Source of the DNA: Epiperipatus broadwayi | Taxonomy: Eukaryota; Animalia; Onychophora | DNA: 64,000 nucleotides | NCBI GenBank assembly: GCA_028023455.1 | Contig: JAQFVV010000002.1 | Span: 14,384,001 to 14,448,000, forward strand | Direction of reading: 5' to 3' | Shown: one piece after another, positions 1 through 13,767 of the stretch | How the letters are laid out: every line of letters begins with the position of its first letter | Position numbering within the stretch: position 1 is the stretch's first letter | Position numbers and translations under genes: made by a program | The notes under the pieces: generated by a model | Databases searched by the model: none | What the model saw: the letters and a program-made list of their open reading frames with translations, nothing else | What the model was told of the DNA's origin: nothing

Positions 1-34
1 CATATCATCAGTGTCAAAATATAATAAATCTGCC

Positions 35-760
35 TTAAAAACTGATTATATTTGGTTGTAAATTAGGTTTTGGGTTCGGGGATTGTACAATACTGGCATA
101 GGAAATCCTTGCAATTTTTTTCCCCACAAGATCTTGCATCTTGGCATTTATCTCATTTGCAGTTTCTAGATTAGGTGTACCAAAATCAAACACTTTTCTT
201 AATGTTTCTTGGTCCAAATGATACATGTTTCTTTTTTTGAAAAACCTTTCTAATAAATTTGGAAATTCATCAGGTCTGACCACATTTTCAATGTTTTCAG
301 AATCCATGGAAGAGCCCTAACTATGAATGAAAATATTGCTTGTGGAAGGTTTAGTTTTTTTTGTAACTTTTTGTTTGAGAGATTTTGAGTTAAAAATTGA
401 TTTTTTAAGATCAACAGATTTTCTTAAGGCTTTCTGATTCATTAATGTTATTAACTATTTTCATTTAAAATGCTATTGCTTGAATTTTTAATGATCTTTC
501 CTACAGGTTTATTTTTGGGGGAATCTTGTTTAAACTTTGTGTATGCATGGATTAGGTGTTGCTTGTCATTAGGATTAAGTTTTTCATTGAAAGAAGTGTT
601 TATATTTGTCTTCTTACCTTCTTTCTTTGTGATTCTCTTGAAATTCCAGAAAATTTCTTTGGCATCCATTTTGCTAGAAGAGGAATCCTTTTGTATCTCT
701 GAATCAGGTTCTCCCACTGAGCCCATATTTTGACAAAAGAGTCAAAAATAATTAAAAAAA
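35..760 (-). pseudogene. Possible 5' part (ORF1 N-terminus) of a LINE running off the left edge
   Basis: Collinear minus-strand ORFs 451-726 and 35-307, K/N/S-rich, with a SYASIV motif often seen in LINE ORF1. Composition resembles the region at 47933-48686. No diagnostic domain is visible. Confidence 0.3.
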
Positions 761-890
761 ATTAAATCTTTTGGTTTTAATATGACAAAAGCACTTTTTT
801 TTTGTAAAAAAAACAGCAAAAATCACATCTAGTCAAATGTGATATACTGTGGCTTCTTAAACAAAGTCGAGAATATCTCGGCAATTATGC

Positions 891-2250
891 TCAGATAAAC
901 CTTTTAGCCACTTTATTTTCCATTCTCCACTCAATTTTCCCATATTCTGCTCCATCCCATTTCCAAAACAAAACTGTCAACTCTATAACCTTTATATCTA
1001 AATTCCCCTTATCTTTTCCCAAACCCAGCATAAAAACCAATAATTCACTTTCTGTATAATCATTGTTTTCATATTTATTACATTTACCCTTTCTGTTTTC
1101 AAGCATTTACATTCAATTAACAAATGCCTAATATTTCCTATTCCTTCCTTACATAATTTACAGACTAAATCACCCATATTTTTCCATTTACATGTATATT
1201 CTTTTGTAGCTAAAGATCCCATTCAAGCCTTAAACAATAAACTACTTTCCTTACTATTATCATATTTTAACTCTCACCTAATATTGTTTATTTCTATATA
1301 TTTAAACTCTCCATACTATTTCTCCATCTCTAACTCCCTATTCTTTATTAATAAATCTTTTATCCTATTCCTTACTACTATAATACTCCAATCATCTTAA
1401 CATAATCATCCCATCTTTTGTACAAATACACTGATATAAATTCTTTATCCAAATCTTTTACATACCGCATTACCTTTCTCACCCATTTTGTTACCTGCCC
1501 TTGCCCTTTACTCATAACCCAATTAAATACTATTTTAGCTATTTTATTATCCATAAACTGCAATCTACCAAACATTTTACTTTTTGCATCTCATATGAAA
1601 ACTTGACCATCCCATTTCTCCTTGAAATTGCCTCCTTTGCTGTCCATTCTTCTGCATCCAATGTATGTCTTCCTACTTCCCTTTGAACTTTTTCTAAGTA
1701 ATTTAATATCTCAGTAACATAATGCATCATTACCATATGTTAACCCTGCTACTGCAACCCCTTCCCATATAATTCTAGCTACATCATATTTATTATATGA
1801 AAACACTTAATTTCTTTATCTATCCTTTTCTTTGCTTCATTTATCAATTTTTTCTCCCATTCATCCAAATAATGTTTCTGATTACTTAAAATAATTCCCA
1901 AATAACTATACCTATTCACCACACTTAACTTTATATCCCCCAATAAAAATTCTTTGTCTTCTCTTTCCCCAGTATTAACCATCATTATATTTGATGAAAA
2001 AAACTTCACTAAATTTAATCCCTATCTCTTAACCATCCTTGCACATGTCCTCAGCATGACTCCCATATCTTCTCTTCTTTCTGCACACAAAAATACATCT
2101 GCAAAAAAAAGACCTGACAAAATATATACTACCTATTAATGGTAACTCTATCCATCTTCCTAATCTTTCAATTGCTCTTTCCATTTCACTCAAATACAAC
2201 ACAAACAAAATATGTGACATAGGGCATCCTTGCCTTATTCCCATCCCATT
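891..2250 (-). mobile_element. Degenerate non-LTR retrotransposon ORF2, 3' half (RT plus C-terminal CCHC finger)
   Basis: Collinear fragments GIRQGCPMSHILF (RT), RYSYLGIIL, and CKLCKEGIGNIRHLLIEC (zinc finger), broken by stops and frameshifts. Confidence 0.8.
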
Positions 2251-2272
2251 TTTAACTTTAACTGGAAAGTCC

Positions 2273-2286
2273 TGTGCCCTCTAGTG
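2273..2286 (-). promoter_or_regulatory. CTCF-like motif
   Basis: CACTAGAGGGCACA on the minus strand; a second, TAGAGGGCGCTA, lies at 48828-48839. Motif match only. Confidence 0.25.
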
Positions 2287-2899
2287 ACTTGAACTAGAGA
2301 CATTTTTTACAATAGAAAAATACAAGACTGATGGATTTTAAGTAAAGGTCATTGGATTGAAATTCAAATCTATCACTTCAGTGTACAAACACCATATATT
2401 ATCTCAAGTGACAAACCAAATGAAAAAATCCAAGAAAGTTTCATTATACTTAATACGTTTGGAGTCCTCACAAAATGTAAGAAGGCCCTCAACAAAAAAA
2501 TCGATAAAAAATGATCAGAGCAAAATAGGTTAATATATTTAATTCAATAGTATTAAATATTAGTAATTAAGTATATCTGAATTTGACATATTGAACTTAA
2601 AGCATATCTTTAAAACAAACTAATTTATTTGCAGACTTTCAAAAATCACAATTTAGACTGGGCTTATATAAATTTAATGTGCTTCATTAGATATTTATTA
2701 ATTAGTTTTTCTTTTGTTTTTAAGTTGTTAGTTTTTTAATTAAACAACTTTATATTTTATTTTTTGTTATAAAATCTAACTATATTAAAATTTAATAGAT
2801 TTGTTCATATATAAGTTTATAAAGTGCACAATCAGAAAACGCTGTTTCTCTAGAGATCCATATAAATTTTTTATATACCCCAGCTGGTCATTGAGTACA

Positions 2900-4450
2900 A
2901 TATCTGATTTTCTTTTGTATAATTGGAGTGTTATTTTGCTGCTCCTCAGCTGATAGCTCTACTTCTAGACTACCTGTATATTTAGTTGTAATCTCCATTT
3001 GTATAATGCTGTAATCTGCAGTTAAATTTATCTGATACAATCTTTAGATGACACAATCTGGTATTTTTTTGTTCTCAGTGGTGATTTTACCTATCACTTT
3101 GAGAAACTATTTTCAGATTTAAACTATTTAGTTTCTGCTCAATTGATTCAAATGGAATGATGGGCTGTGTGTGTGTTTGACTCCCATTCAATCAGAGCTT
3201 CAAATTTTAGCTGAGAACAATTACATGCCATTATCTAACGTCAGATTTTTCAGTGCTCCATGGGTTGCAAAGATTTTTAAAATCAAGATAGTCTCAGTTG
3301 AATAATTTTTCTCGTCTATTCTCAAACTCATTAATTCAGTATTAGTAACCTCCCCCCCTTAAAAATATTTGGACAGGTATTATGTAGTTAACATGGTTTT
3401 TCAATTTTTGGCATTGGGTATTTCTTGGGAAGTACAATTGCCATGATATGATTTGCATTTTTAGTTTCAATTTTCATAATAATTCCAGACAAGTATATGA
3501 AAATGCATACTAGAGGTTTTAGTTCACATTATGATAATGACTGGTGTAGTATTTTTAAAATCTTGTGCGTGAAATAGAATCAGTACTTTATTGCCAACTA
3601 TAATAAATCTATTGATAGTTATTGTATATTCCAAAAAGATTTGTGAATGTTTTAAGGCCATTTATTGTACCATTTAATGCTATTCATATCTGGTAAGCAA
3701 TATATTTATTTGAGGCCAGAACATTTTGTTTTATTGTTGACCAATTTCAACTCTTAGTTGTCCACAATGTATTTTTTTTTTCACTGTCATGTCTGTTACA
3801 TGAGATAATGGATCAGTATGTGTATCCCACAAGCCCTTCTAAGGCTAAAGACTTCTGTGCTGCTTTTTTGTATGATTTTTTTAAATAGTAGTCAGTGATT
3901 GATTATAATTTTAAATGCTTGTCATAGAAATGTTTTTTTTTTTTTTTACAGCAGCTATTATAATTGTTGCTAATGCTTCTGTCCACTTGGTTTTAATTTT
4001 TGACATTAGTCTGAAAATGAAAGCTTTTGGACATTCACCGTTTGAAATGGATGATTTAGTATTTCTCCAATCCCATATTTTGTTATGATATGTTCAAACT
4101 ATTATCAAAATGAATTAATAAGTTGTTTGATGTTGGCAATGCATTTATCTTTTGAAAAGTGCTCTTTTGTAGTTTTTTTCTGTAATAAATTTTATAGGGT
4201 TTGGACACATTGATTTATTCCTGTAAGACATTTTTGGACAAAATGTATTTGACCCAGAAAAGTCGGCATTTCCATCACATTTTTCGATCTAGATGCATTC
4301 TTAATCACTTTAATCTTTTCTGAGAAAGATCTAATGCATCCAGAAACTTAATTTTCTTTTCATTTCAAATACATTTTTTGGATGAGTTCCAAAATTTGAG
4401 TCATTTATATACTGCATATTATTTAATCACTTGTGTAATGAATTTTCTAA
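2900..4450 (-). mobile_element. Mosaic of Ty3/Gypsy pol remnants
   Basis: Manual translation gives EKIKVIKNASRSKNVMEMPTFLGQI (RT connection, ~4260-4330), HP.SNG (integrase, ~4050), IFATHGALKNLTLDNG (integrase core, ~3240-3280), and a PPT-like AAGGGGGGGAG at ~3349-3361. Confidence 0.6.
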
Positions 4451-4549
4451 TTTACATATACACTAGTAGGCCCTCTTACCTGAATATGGCTATTCTAATT
4501 TCAAGGAAAGGAAAAAAAAAATCTAAAAATTTGCAGTGACTATAAACCA

Positions 4550-5800
4550 ATTTGTGAAACATAAATATGTCTACATACAGAACATGATCCATTTTCTGGA
4601 TGCTTGATATTTTGTGATGTAGTTTAATTTGTTCAGCAGAAAACTTTACTTGCTCTCAAATGTATTATTTTCCTATTGTATCTCCCTAATGGAAACAATA
4701 TTGCATTTTTTAAAAATGTCAGATAATTCTTATAATGTAGGCAGTATTTACCTCTCCCATGAAAATTTTGCTCAAATTTCTCATAAGACAACATCCTTTT
4801 AAGTTGATGATTTTGTTTTTAAAATGTTATGGAGCATCCTTAAATGAAACTTCAAATGTTAGTATCTAGTTTCACTTCCATAACTATACACAGTTAACTT
4901 AGTTACTGTAGTTATTTTGCTATGATGAAATTGCTATTTTTTTGTTAAAAGCTGCGGCACATTGAAGTCTATATTGCACCTCAACATCTAAGTCCATCTT
5001 TTTACTTATAAAACTACTGAGGAATTGAAATTCATTTACATTCTCGATTTTGATAGCTATCCAAGCAAATTTGCTGAACTTTTGTCACTAACTGATTTAA
5101 GAACTGCAGTTTTTTGATCATTAACAAATCAAAGTTTTATACGTTGCATTCAAAATATGAAGTACTTTGTGTAAATTATTTTTTGGTTAGGCAAAAATAG
5201 CACAATTATTACGATGCTATTTTTGTTTTTAATTGATTCAAATCAAAATTCCACCAACAAACCTGTATCATATCTTGATGCCTGTTTGATTAGGTTGCCT
5301 ATAAACAATTCCAAAACCCACTCATAAAAATTGGAAACTGTTGTAGTAAGTGCATATCATTGTTTAACACTACTTTTTATTTCAAATGCACCAGATTTTC
5401 CATCTGTAGTATTAACACTTCTCTCACTCCATCATGTTGAAGCTGTATAATATGAATAAATTCAATGAAGTAATATGTATAAAAAGCTCTTGTTCTCAAC
5501 ATTTTTCTTGCATCCTGGTCAAAAAAAAAAATCTAATTAAAATCACATCGCGATGAAATCTTTGAAAATCCTTTGGCTATATTGGATAATACTAATATTT
5601 CACAATAATTATTGTAATCTTGTGTATTCCCTTTTGGAAAAATTAAAGGATCCTTAAATTAGTTATTATTTAATATGTCAAAGTATGAGGTTATCTCATT
5701 CATTCCATTTAACAGTTCATATTTAGGTATGTCATTTTAAAAAGTAAGTGATTGTATTTGAAAAACCTCATTATCGATCCTATATTTCGAAAAACTATAA
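4550..5800 (-). mobile_element. Degenerate RTE (BovB-like) LINE, RT and C-terminus
   Basis: Manual translation gives RMQEKC*EQ, HDG, AFEIKSSVKQ, DLDVEVQYRLQCAAAF and YGSET motifs in the expected order. Confidence 0.65.
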
Positions 5801-7699
5801 TAATTTTTACAATGGTTTAGTTAATTATGTAAATATGTGGATGAATTGTAATTATAGTAATTAAAGATTAAAATCCTAATGTATTAAAATAAATAATTAT
5901 GCAAGAGTAACCCAAAATGAATGACAAAGAATTAAAAAAAATTCTAGATCATAGATACAGTTAAAAGTTAAGATAATTTTGTTTGTCCAATATAGCAAAA
6001 AAATCATTAAGTAAAAATAGCTTTATCTTCAGGATTGAAGAATAGGATTACCAATAAAAAATAAACACAAAGGAAAAATAAAATAGAGTGGTTACTTGGA
6101 AACGAGCTCATAATGAGAGCACACTAAAGATTCCTGAAAATCTGGTCCATATGGCGATTTGCAATCTTGGGAGAAAATGAATGTTTTAAGGTTGATACTA
6201 TGTATATTAATTTCAGTTATACCAATCTGCTAAATGTAGCTTATTCTATTAATCTTTTTTTATGCAATGCAAATCAAAACTAGTCATTTTGACTATTATT
6301 TTGGTCAAGTCACTTTAATGTATGCTAGTGCTACGAGTCAAGATATGGCAAAAGTATTGGTGCAGTCTCAAAAATGAATGTGAGGGGGAAATGTAAATCT
6401 TTTTGATGTAGATCAAGCATTGTTGAGTTCAATGCCAGTAACTGAGTTTCAAAGCACATGATATTGTTTGATAAGTACAAAACATGTAGTCCTGGTATTG
6501 CTTGGATAAAGGACATTGAATTGACTCATAAGTTGTTCAAAAAGTTTGGGAAATGTGTGTAGGAAGAAAGTAGTTGAAGACTGCATGTCAGAAATTAATG
6601 ACAATAGAAATGAAAAATAATTTGGCACTCCATAGCACGATTTAAATCATTGAGTAAGCTTTAATTAGAATAATTTTTATGGTGAATGTTAGAATTTAAA
6701 CCATGATAGCTGCTGGCTCTAGAAACTGATATACATAGAAGCAATATGAAGGGTCGATTGTGTAAAGAAATGAGATTTTCAGGACTCCAGAGGAAAAAAA
6801 TTTCAAAGTAATGCAGAAACTCAAATAATTTGAAGGAGAGCAATCACCCTATTAATTGGAGCAATGAAGTGAAACTTTTGGGATTTCCAGGTCCACAAAT
6901 TTGGTTTACAATCTCAATTGTAAATGCTCTAGAAAGAAGCAATGTAACAATTTTCATATCTTTTGTATTGGCACTTAGAGGTGATTAACATAAATCTTCT
7001 GGTTTCCAACTGCTGTTGCAATATTATAAGTTAATAGCTGTTTTCAAATATTTACTTAAGGAATTAATTTCAATTTTCATTTGGTATCATGCCATCTTCT
7101 AGTTTTAATTCTACTCAATGAATTCTCAAATTATTGCTGGAAATATACTATGTCTAGACTCTCCAAATAAAACTAAATTGTGATTTCTTAAAGAATCTGA
7201 ATGAAAATGAATAAAAGGTCAGAATGAAATAGTTAATATGAAACCAAAATTGATACAAATATCTAATTTATAGTACACTTTTACATAGAATCTTAGAATA
7301 AAGTTCTTAAAAGTTTTTATTTGAGGGTCGATCTTAAGACCGCTGTTTAAAATCTGATTGGCTGTCTGAGAAACAACTGTAGGCACATGTGAAAGACTAG
7401 CAACCTTTCAATTATTACTAAAAATCATAATTTAGATCAAAAAAGTCTTAGTGAATCGTCAGGTAAGATCTTACTGGATATTGAGGCCAGTCCAGTTTCA
7501 CTTCTACATGTTTATTCTTGCTTGCATTAACTGCTCTGAGTTTGTGGTTTAATCTCTTTTTTAACTAGTCTTCATATTCTCTTGATTTTTTTCAATTTTT
7601 CTCTTATGTCCAAACTGTTATTTTAATCAATTGTATATTTTTAAATTATACCTTGTTTTCCTTATAAAATCTTCCAACTCTAATTATTTTATTTACTTA

Positions 7700-8350
7700 T
7701 TTATTTAAAAAATAGATACTAGTCCAATCACATTCACAAGAGAATTGGTGTTTGCTCTTTAATTAAAAGATACCAAATTTCAATAGCTATTAAACACTAA
7801 AATTGCTAATTTAGATCTTCAGAACTTATATTACTGAAACATGGAATTCTCTCGAGTGTGTTATGAATGCAAATCTATTGGGTTCACTAAAAAGAAGAAT
7901 CATGATTGATTTGTTTGACAATGAGCATATTAGTGATTTAATTAAAAAGAAATGTATGGCATTTTTTGCTTGACAAAATAAGATCTAAAGGCAAAAATAT
8001 GACTGGCATGAAAACCTAATTGGTGTATTAAATATTTGCTGATTGTAGTCATTCTAGATCTTTTTTGATGCATTGAAAGCAAAAAATATGGACCAGAGAT
8101 TATGTATCACAATCTTATTAAGTCCAACAATAGCACTCTTATATGATGATAATATTTTAATGATATAGCCATTTTTATCTAATTTAGATTTGGGCAAAGA
8201 TATCCCAGCTTAATGAAATCAAATCAATCTGATATTGTAATTTTTTATTGTTCCAATTTTTAAAAACAAAGGGAATAGAAAAAATTACTATAATTATCAT
8301 GGAATATTATCCATTATAGCAAAAGTTTTTTAAATAATTTTGTTGAATAG
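7700..8350 (+). mobile_element. RTE-like LINE remnant ending at the RT N-terminus
   Basis: IVPIFKNKGNRKNYYNYHGILSIIAKVF followed by IILLNRLLP at ~8245-8360. Confidence 0.5.
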
Positions 8351-9999
8351 ATTGCTTCCGGTTATAGATTAATGGGTTACCAGACACTCTATGTAGTTTT
8401 AAGAAATCAAATAGCACTATATATATATTGTAACATATTTAAAGGAGTTCAAATAGATAGATCACAAATCCAGTGTAACAAAATTAAAGATGGCTCAAAT
8501 ATTATAGATGGTTACAATATAACTATTACCATATCTGAGTTAAAAGGTAATCCATAAGATCATAATATTTAAAATAATGTTGGATTTCGCAATATCCAAA
8601 TATCAATAATTATAAGCAAATTATTAATAACAAGTATTATAACTCAGGTATATGAAATCACATGAGGTGAGTACACTAGTAATTCAATAAAATATAACTT
8701 AGGTATACAGACAGTAGGTTTTATCCACTTTCATTTCTTGGTTTGATGTTAAGTGCATGTTTAAACAAATACTAAGTGAATATGGTCTAGCAGGGCACCA
8801 CTAGATTATTTGAATCTAGACATAGTTATATCTGATAACCTTTTCACATGTACCGGGTTTGAATCCCTTCTTGGTACTTTATTTCTAATAAAATGGGAGA
8901 TTTTGCTTTTTGAGCCATATCACTATACGCACTGATATTTAGGTAAAAGTAAAACATCTATAAACCAAAGTGGAGTATATTAGACATAAATCATTTCTCA
9001 GATCTTAGCATAACAAATGTGTTTCAATATTTTTATAAGTTTACTAGCTCAGATTATATATAACTAATTTAGGATGGCAATTCACTCATCCTTGCATGAA
9101 ATAGATGACGGGATGTGGTTATAATGATACTAAGAAATCACTAAATATTATAAAATCAATATTTATTTATGGCCTTTAAACAGTTAAACAGCCCATTAAT
9201 TAAAACGTTGATGACGATGATGATGATAATAACGATAATGACAAGGGTTTCAACTACAGCTCTAGGACTAAGCCTAAACATAAAACTAATTTTTATAAAT
9301 AAATTAATAATTATTGTTAATCTTAGCATTTTTAATCATATCTTAAACAACTAATATTTAACCACTGATGATGAATAATCACACTTAACAAAGACTACAC
9401 TTAATGAAATATATATGCCTCGTTTAATAAAACAAATTAATATTTATTACTGCATTTCTAACATATACATAAAAATTTCTAGATAAACATGAAAATTGAC
9501 ATGAATAATAATAATGATAATAATTGATTATATAACAATTCTCAGATTAATTTCAAGTTCTTCCCCCTTTCCCTTCAAATGTATTTTGTATTAAGTGTCA
9601 CATTGACCATGATTTTCACTCCATGAGAAAAGTATTTCAAGAAAAAAATATCTGCTCATTAGCACACATACTTTATAAATCTAACATGTAAGTAGAATGT
9701 AAAAGAAAATGTTAATAGAATTGAAAGAGCAAGTTTTAGAAACAAGTTTTAAATTATTTTCTCCCCCGCTCTTCTACCTCTGAAATGCTATACTTAACTT
9801 GAAACAAAATAATCTAATATTATAATACTACTCATTATTTCACATTCACTCACAATTATACACATATAAAAATATTATGTATGTGCGTGTTTTATCCCAT
9901 AATAAAATATTATTTAAAACCAAAATAATAATAATATATTAGTTAAAACTAAAATCATAATACCATAAAAAATTGTTTTACACATATTTCATAACTAAA

Positions 10000-11050
10000 A
10001 TTAATAAATAATTTTGATACATTCAAGATCATTTATGAAGCTCAAAGTTATTATTAGTAAGACATTCTTGTTTTAATCGATCTGAATAGTCTTTAAAAGT
10101 TCTTTAAATAAAATATACCACTTTATTGCTAAAATGTTTATTAAGACTCTGATATCATAAAGAAAATAGATATAAAAAGTCATATTACCGATCTTTTGTT
10201 TGTGGCGAATTTCCAAGGGTTCAAACTTGTCTTGAAAATGTCTATATTTCTGCAGCTACCATTTCCGTTTTACATGGGAACAATCTCTTTCTTGAGGTGT
10301 ATAACTATTTGATGATGATGACTCTATTGAGGTTATTTGCTTTAGTGGACAATTTGGAAATCATTATATTAATTTTTCTTCTCTTCCTGTCAAGCATGTG
10401 GATGAAATACAGCAGTTGTTTTCACATTTATAAATTTTCTTGAGTTTAAAATCAGTTGTTGTAACAATTAATTGGACTTGATGATTAATATTTATCAGTA
10501 GATTAATTCATCTTTGAATGCAGGTGAATGCTTTCTTCCTTCTATTAAAAACATCTTATTTCTCTGGTCAGTTGAAAGGTGTAGAATATTATACATCTTT
10601 TCTTTCCTATGTGATGTTCAGCTTCCCCCAGATGGTCCGGAAAGATGGGACATACATATAATTTTTTTAGCCAGCCATTTCTTATATTTTCAACATTCAA
10701 TTTAATAGTTTAAAAATCTGAATCATAATCACAATAATAATAATAATAATTCCAGACACTTTTTATATCCAATTTTTAGCTAACTTAACCAATCAGAGAT
10801 AGCATCACTTGCTATTTTTGGACAAATTTGTTTTAATTAGATCTCTAATTTATTTTCAACTAAATTATTTTTCAACTGAAAAGTTTAATCCTTTTTCCAG
10901 ACACTTGTGTTTAAAAAATAGACTTAATCCTTATTTCCTTTCTTTTTTTTTTTTTTACATCTAGGTAACATTTCAAATTTTTGAGTTTCCTTCTTTAGAT
11001 CTTAAGATAAGACAATTTCAAAATTAGAGCTCTCACCCATTATAAGCTCC
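10000..11050 (-). mobile_element. Penelope-like element remnant
   Basis: HKCLEKGLNFSV (PLE N-terminal KGLNF motif) at ~10870-10910, with degenerate downstream sequence resembling the RT-to-GIY-YIG linker. Confidence 0.4.
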
Positions 11051-11699
11051 CAAAGTGAAAAACAATCATTTACAAAAAAAAAATTGCTACAAAGATAGAT
11101 ATCTGATTAAACAGATTTCCTCTTTTAACATAAAATTGTACAAAAAAAATAATTTGACAGATTTAATCCTTCCTTTTCTTTCAATATTTAGTAAATGTAA
11201 ATTTCTGTATGTAATGTACACACATCCTTCATTCTTTCAAATCATTTGTAAACTAACATTAAATAATATAATTGCTAGCTTAGTAATTATAACCCTATTA
11301 TTTAAAATTAAATCTGTAACTTTTAAATTACAATTATAGAAAAGAAAATAGAAGTATAGAATAAGATATTAGAATTGATCAAGCATAGGTTAGTTTTAAA
11401 GAAAGTTAAAATGTTGAATATTTGAAATATAAAAACAATTAAATAGTTTACACATACATTGCCTATACGTATGCATTATAACTTTGCTTTTTAACAGAAA
11501 AACTAAATATTAAATAGTTTAAATGTGTGTATTACCTTTCTATCAACACACAAACAAATAAAGCATATAATTGTTGACCCACTCTCTCTCTGTTTAAAGC
11601 TTTTAGAACTGGACCTTGTAGGGTTTAAACTTGGATGCCCTACAACTTCCTTTATGGTTATATAAAAATGTGATGATGATTTTTGGTTTTACATTTTCT

Positions 11700-12060
11700 A
11701 CATGCACATTACTATAAATTTAGCTAGTGACTAAATTGTAATGGCACAATATATATTTGCAAGGCATTTGATTCAATTAATAGGACAGGTCTATAGCATT
11801 GTTTGAAATTAATTGGTTGTCCACAAAAATTTATTTGTATTATATAGTTTCTACATGATGGAAGGAGAACTATCATTATTACATTTGAAATGAAAACTAG
11901 TTTTAAACAAGGATGTGTACTTGTTCCAACTTTGTTTTCAATTTTTATGACAATGGTTAATGGAATCAGACGGGTCAAGACATGATAGTTTTATAAATAG
12001 GTGGATTTAGATGTTGAGATTCAACACAGACTTCAATGTTATTTTAGTTACAACCAATAA
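11700..12060 (+). mobile_element. RTE (BovB-like) RT core remnant
   Basis: KAFDSINRTGL, LHDG, KQGCVLVPTLFSIF and VDLDVEIQHRLQC motifs. Confidence 0.75.
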
Positions 12061-12359
12061 ATTCACCACATTGGTTGATATATATATATATGAAGGCAGG
12101 ATTAATGTGTGTGCTAATGATCTCTTCATTTTAATAGGGATTTGCAATAATTACAGATAAAATTAAATTATGACTTAATCCAGGAGACAGTAATATTTTC
12201 AGTCATGAAACCAGTTGGAAGTCAAAAGAAGAGGCAGCTAAAAATTCCCTGGATGTTGACTCGGCATGAAAAGATTACTATTATTTAGGTATCAACAATA
12301 TCTGATGATTTTCTAGTAAAGAAATTTTACAAGAATATGAAGAAGATTATCCAATAGTA

Positions 12360-13767
12360 AATAGAACATTGTTCAACTTCTTGAAGTTATGAGAAAAGGG
12401 ATGAAACAATTGATTTAAAAAGTGGGCATGTACTTTACTACAAAAGCACAAATATTGAAAATACAAGTTGAATGGGATTCATTATAATAAAAAGTGGAAG
12501 AACTGCATTGGCAGATTAGTTATAATTATATGTTACTGAAAAATACCAAATATAAATAATTCAGGTTTATGCCCCAGCAAGTTTTTATTATGATGAACAG
12601 AATTTTCTTATGAATGTACAAAATGATTTGATCACTAAGAACAATATTTTAAAATTGTCTTGAGAAACTTTAATACTAGAAATAGAAAATGATTAAAAAG
12701 TGGAAGTGCCGCTGATAAGTTTGGGCCATGAAGATAAGAATAAATGAATACAGACTTCTGGAGTTTGCACAAAAATGAAAAGATGCATATTATGAATTCT
12801 GTTTTTGAGGGAAATGTGTATGGAACTATACAAATGGGGGTATAATAGATTTTGATTATATTTGGCTAAAAGAAAATATATATTTTAAGATTGTAATGTT
12901 ATTAATAAAATCAACACAGAAAATAATCATTGTTAACTGATATGTAAGATATATGTTTAAGCAAAACTAGAAAGATAAAAACTAAGAAAATCAGTATTAA
13001 GAGTTGATATTTCTAATCTCTAGAAATAATTCAATGAATTTAAATTAGAACTTGAAATCCATTTTAAACATTAAAATACTAAATTTAAAGATGGTTCAGA
13101 TTTGACTGAATCAATAAAAAGAACCAGTACTCGATATTAAGAACTGTAAGAAAGATAACAGCATTATATCAATAATTTTTTTACTGAGATGACAATATAT
13201 GAAAAAAAAGAATATATATATTGAATATCTAGTGTTTTGTAAAATGATATGAAAAAGAGTTAATGATATAAGAAAATGTAATTGCAAATTGGCAAGGAAA
13301 TCTATAGAAAAAAATAAGTCTCAAAATTGTAAACCAAGAGTTTGGTACTGAAAGGAAAGTTATTTTTGCAATAAGAAGGAAAGATGGAATTATTACTATA
13401 AAAAGATTATATTATCATGAATTATGTTAAAGAGATTTATAAAGAATTATGAACATGTAAACAAAGTATCTCTTGCTGATATATTACATCTTCTGAATTG
13501 CTCAACATTTTAAATGAAAAAGTGAAATATGCAATTAAATCCATGGAAAAATGAAAATCTTCAGGTGATGATGAAATTTATAATAGAGATCTTCATAAAG
13601 CAGATGAAAAATTGTTGGTAAACTTATATACCAAATCTCTGATAAATATGTACCAGATGTTTGATAGAATGCAATAATAATAATATTTAGGAAAAGTAAT
13701 AAAGATATTAGATATCACAAACTTACCAGTCTTCCATCATGTCTATACAAAATCTTTACCATTGTAG
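12360..13767 (+). mobile_element. RTE-1 LINE remnant (AP endonuclease plus start of RT), cut at 13768 by an LTR
   Basis: LKSGHVLYY and IIQVYAPAS (APE) motifs; KYAIKSMEK*KSSGDDEI parallels EVKHAIKCMKKGKAPGNDGI in the 61-kb RTE. Confidence 0.75.

Noticed and set aside
8783-8870. tRNA gene or tRNA-derived SINE (TGGTCTAG ... GGTTTGAATCCC); similar B-box at ~54401
   Set aside because: No cloverleaf can be drawn and no second copy is in the window; box matches alone are insufficient.
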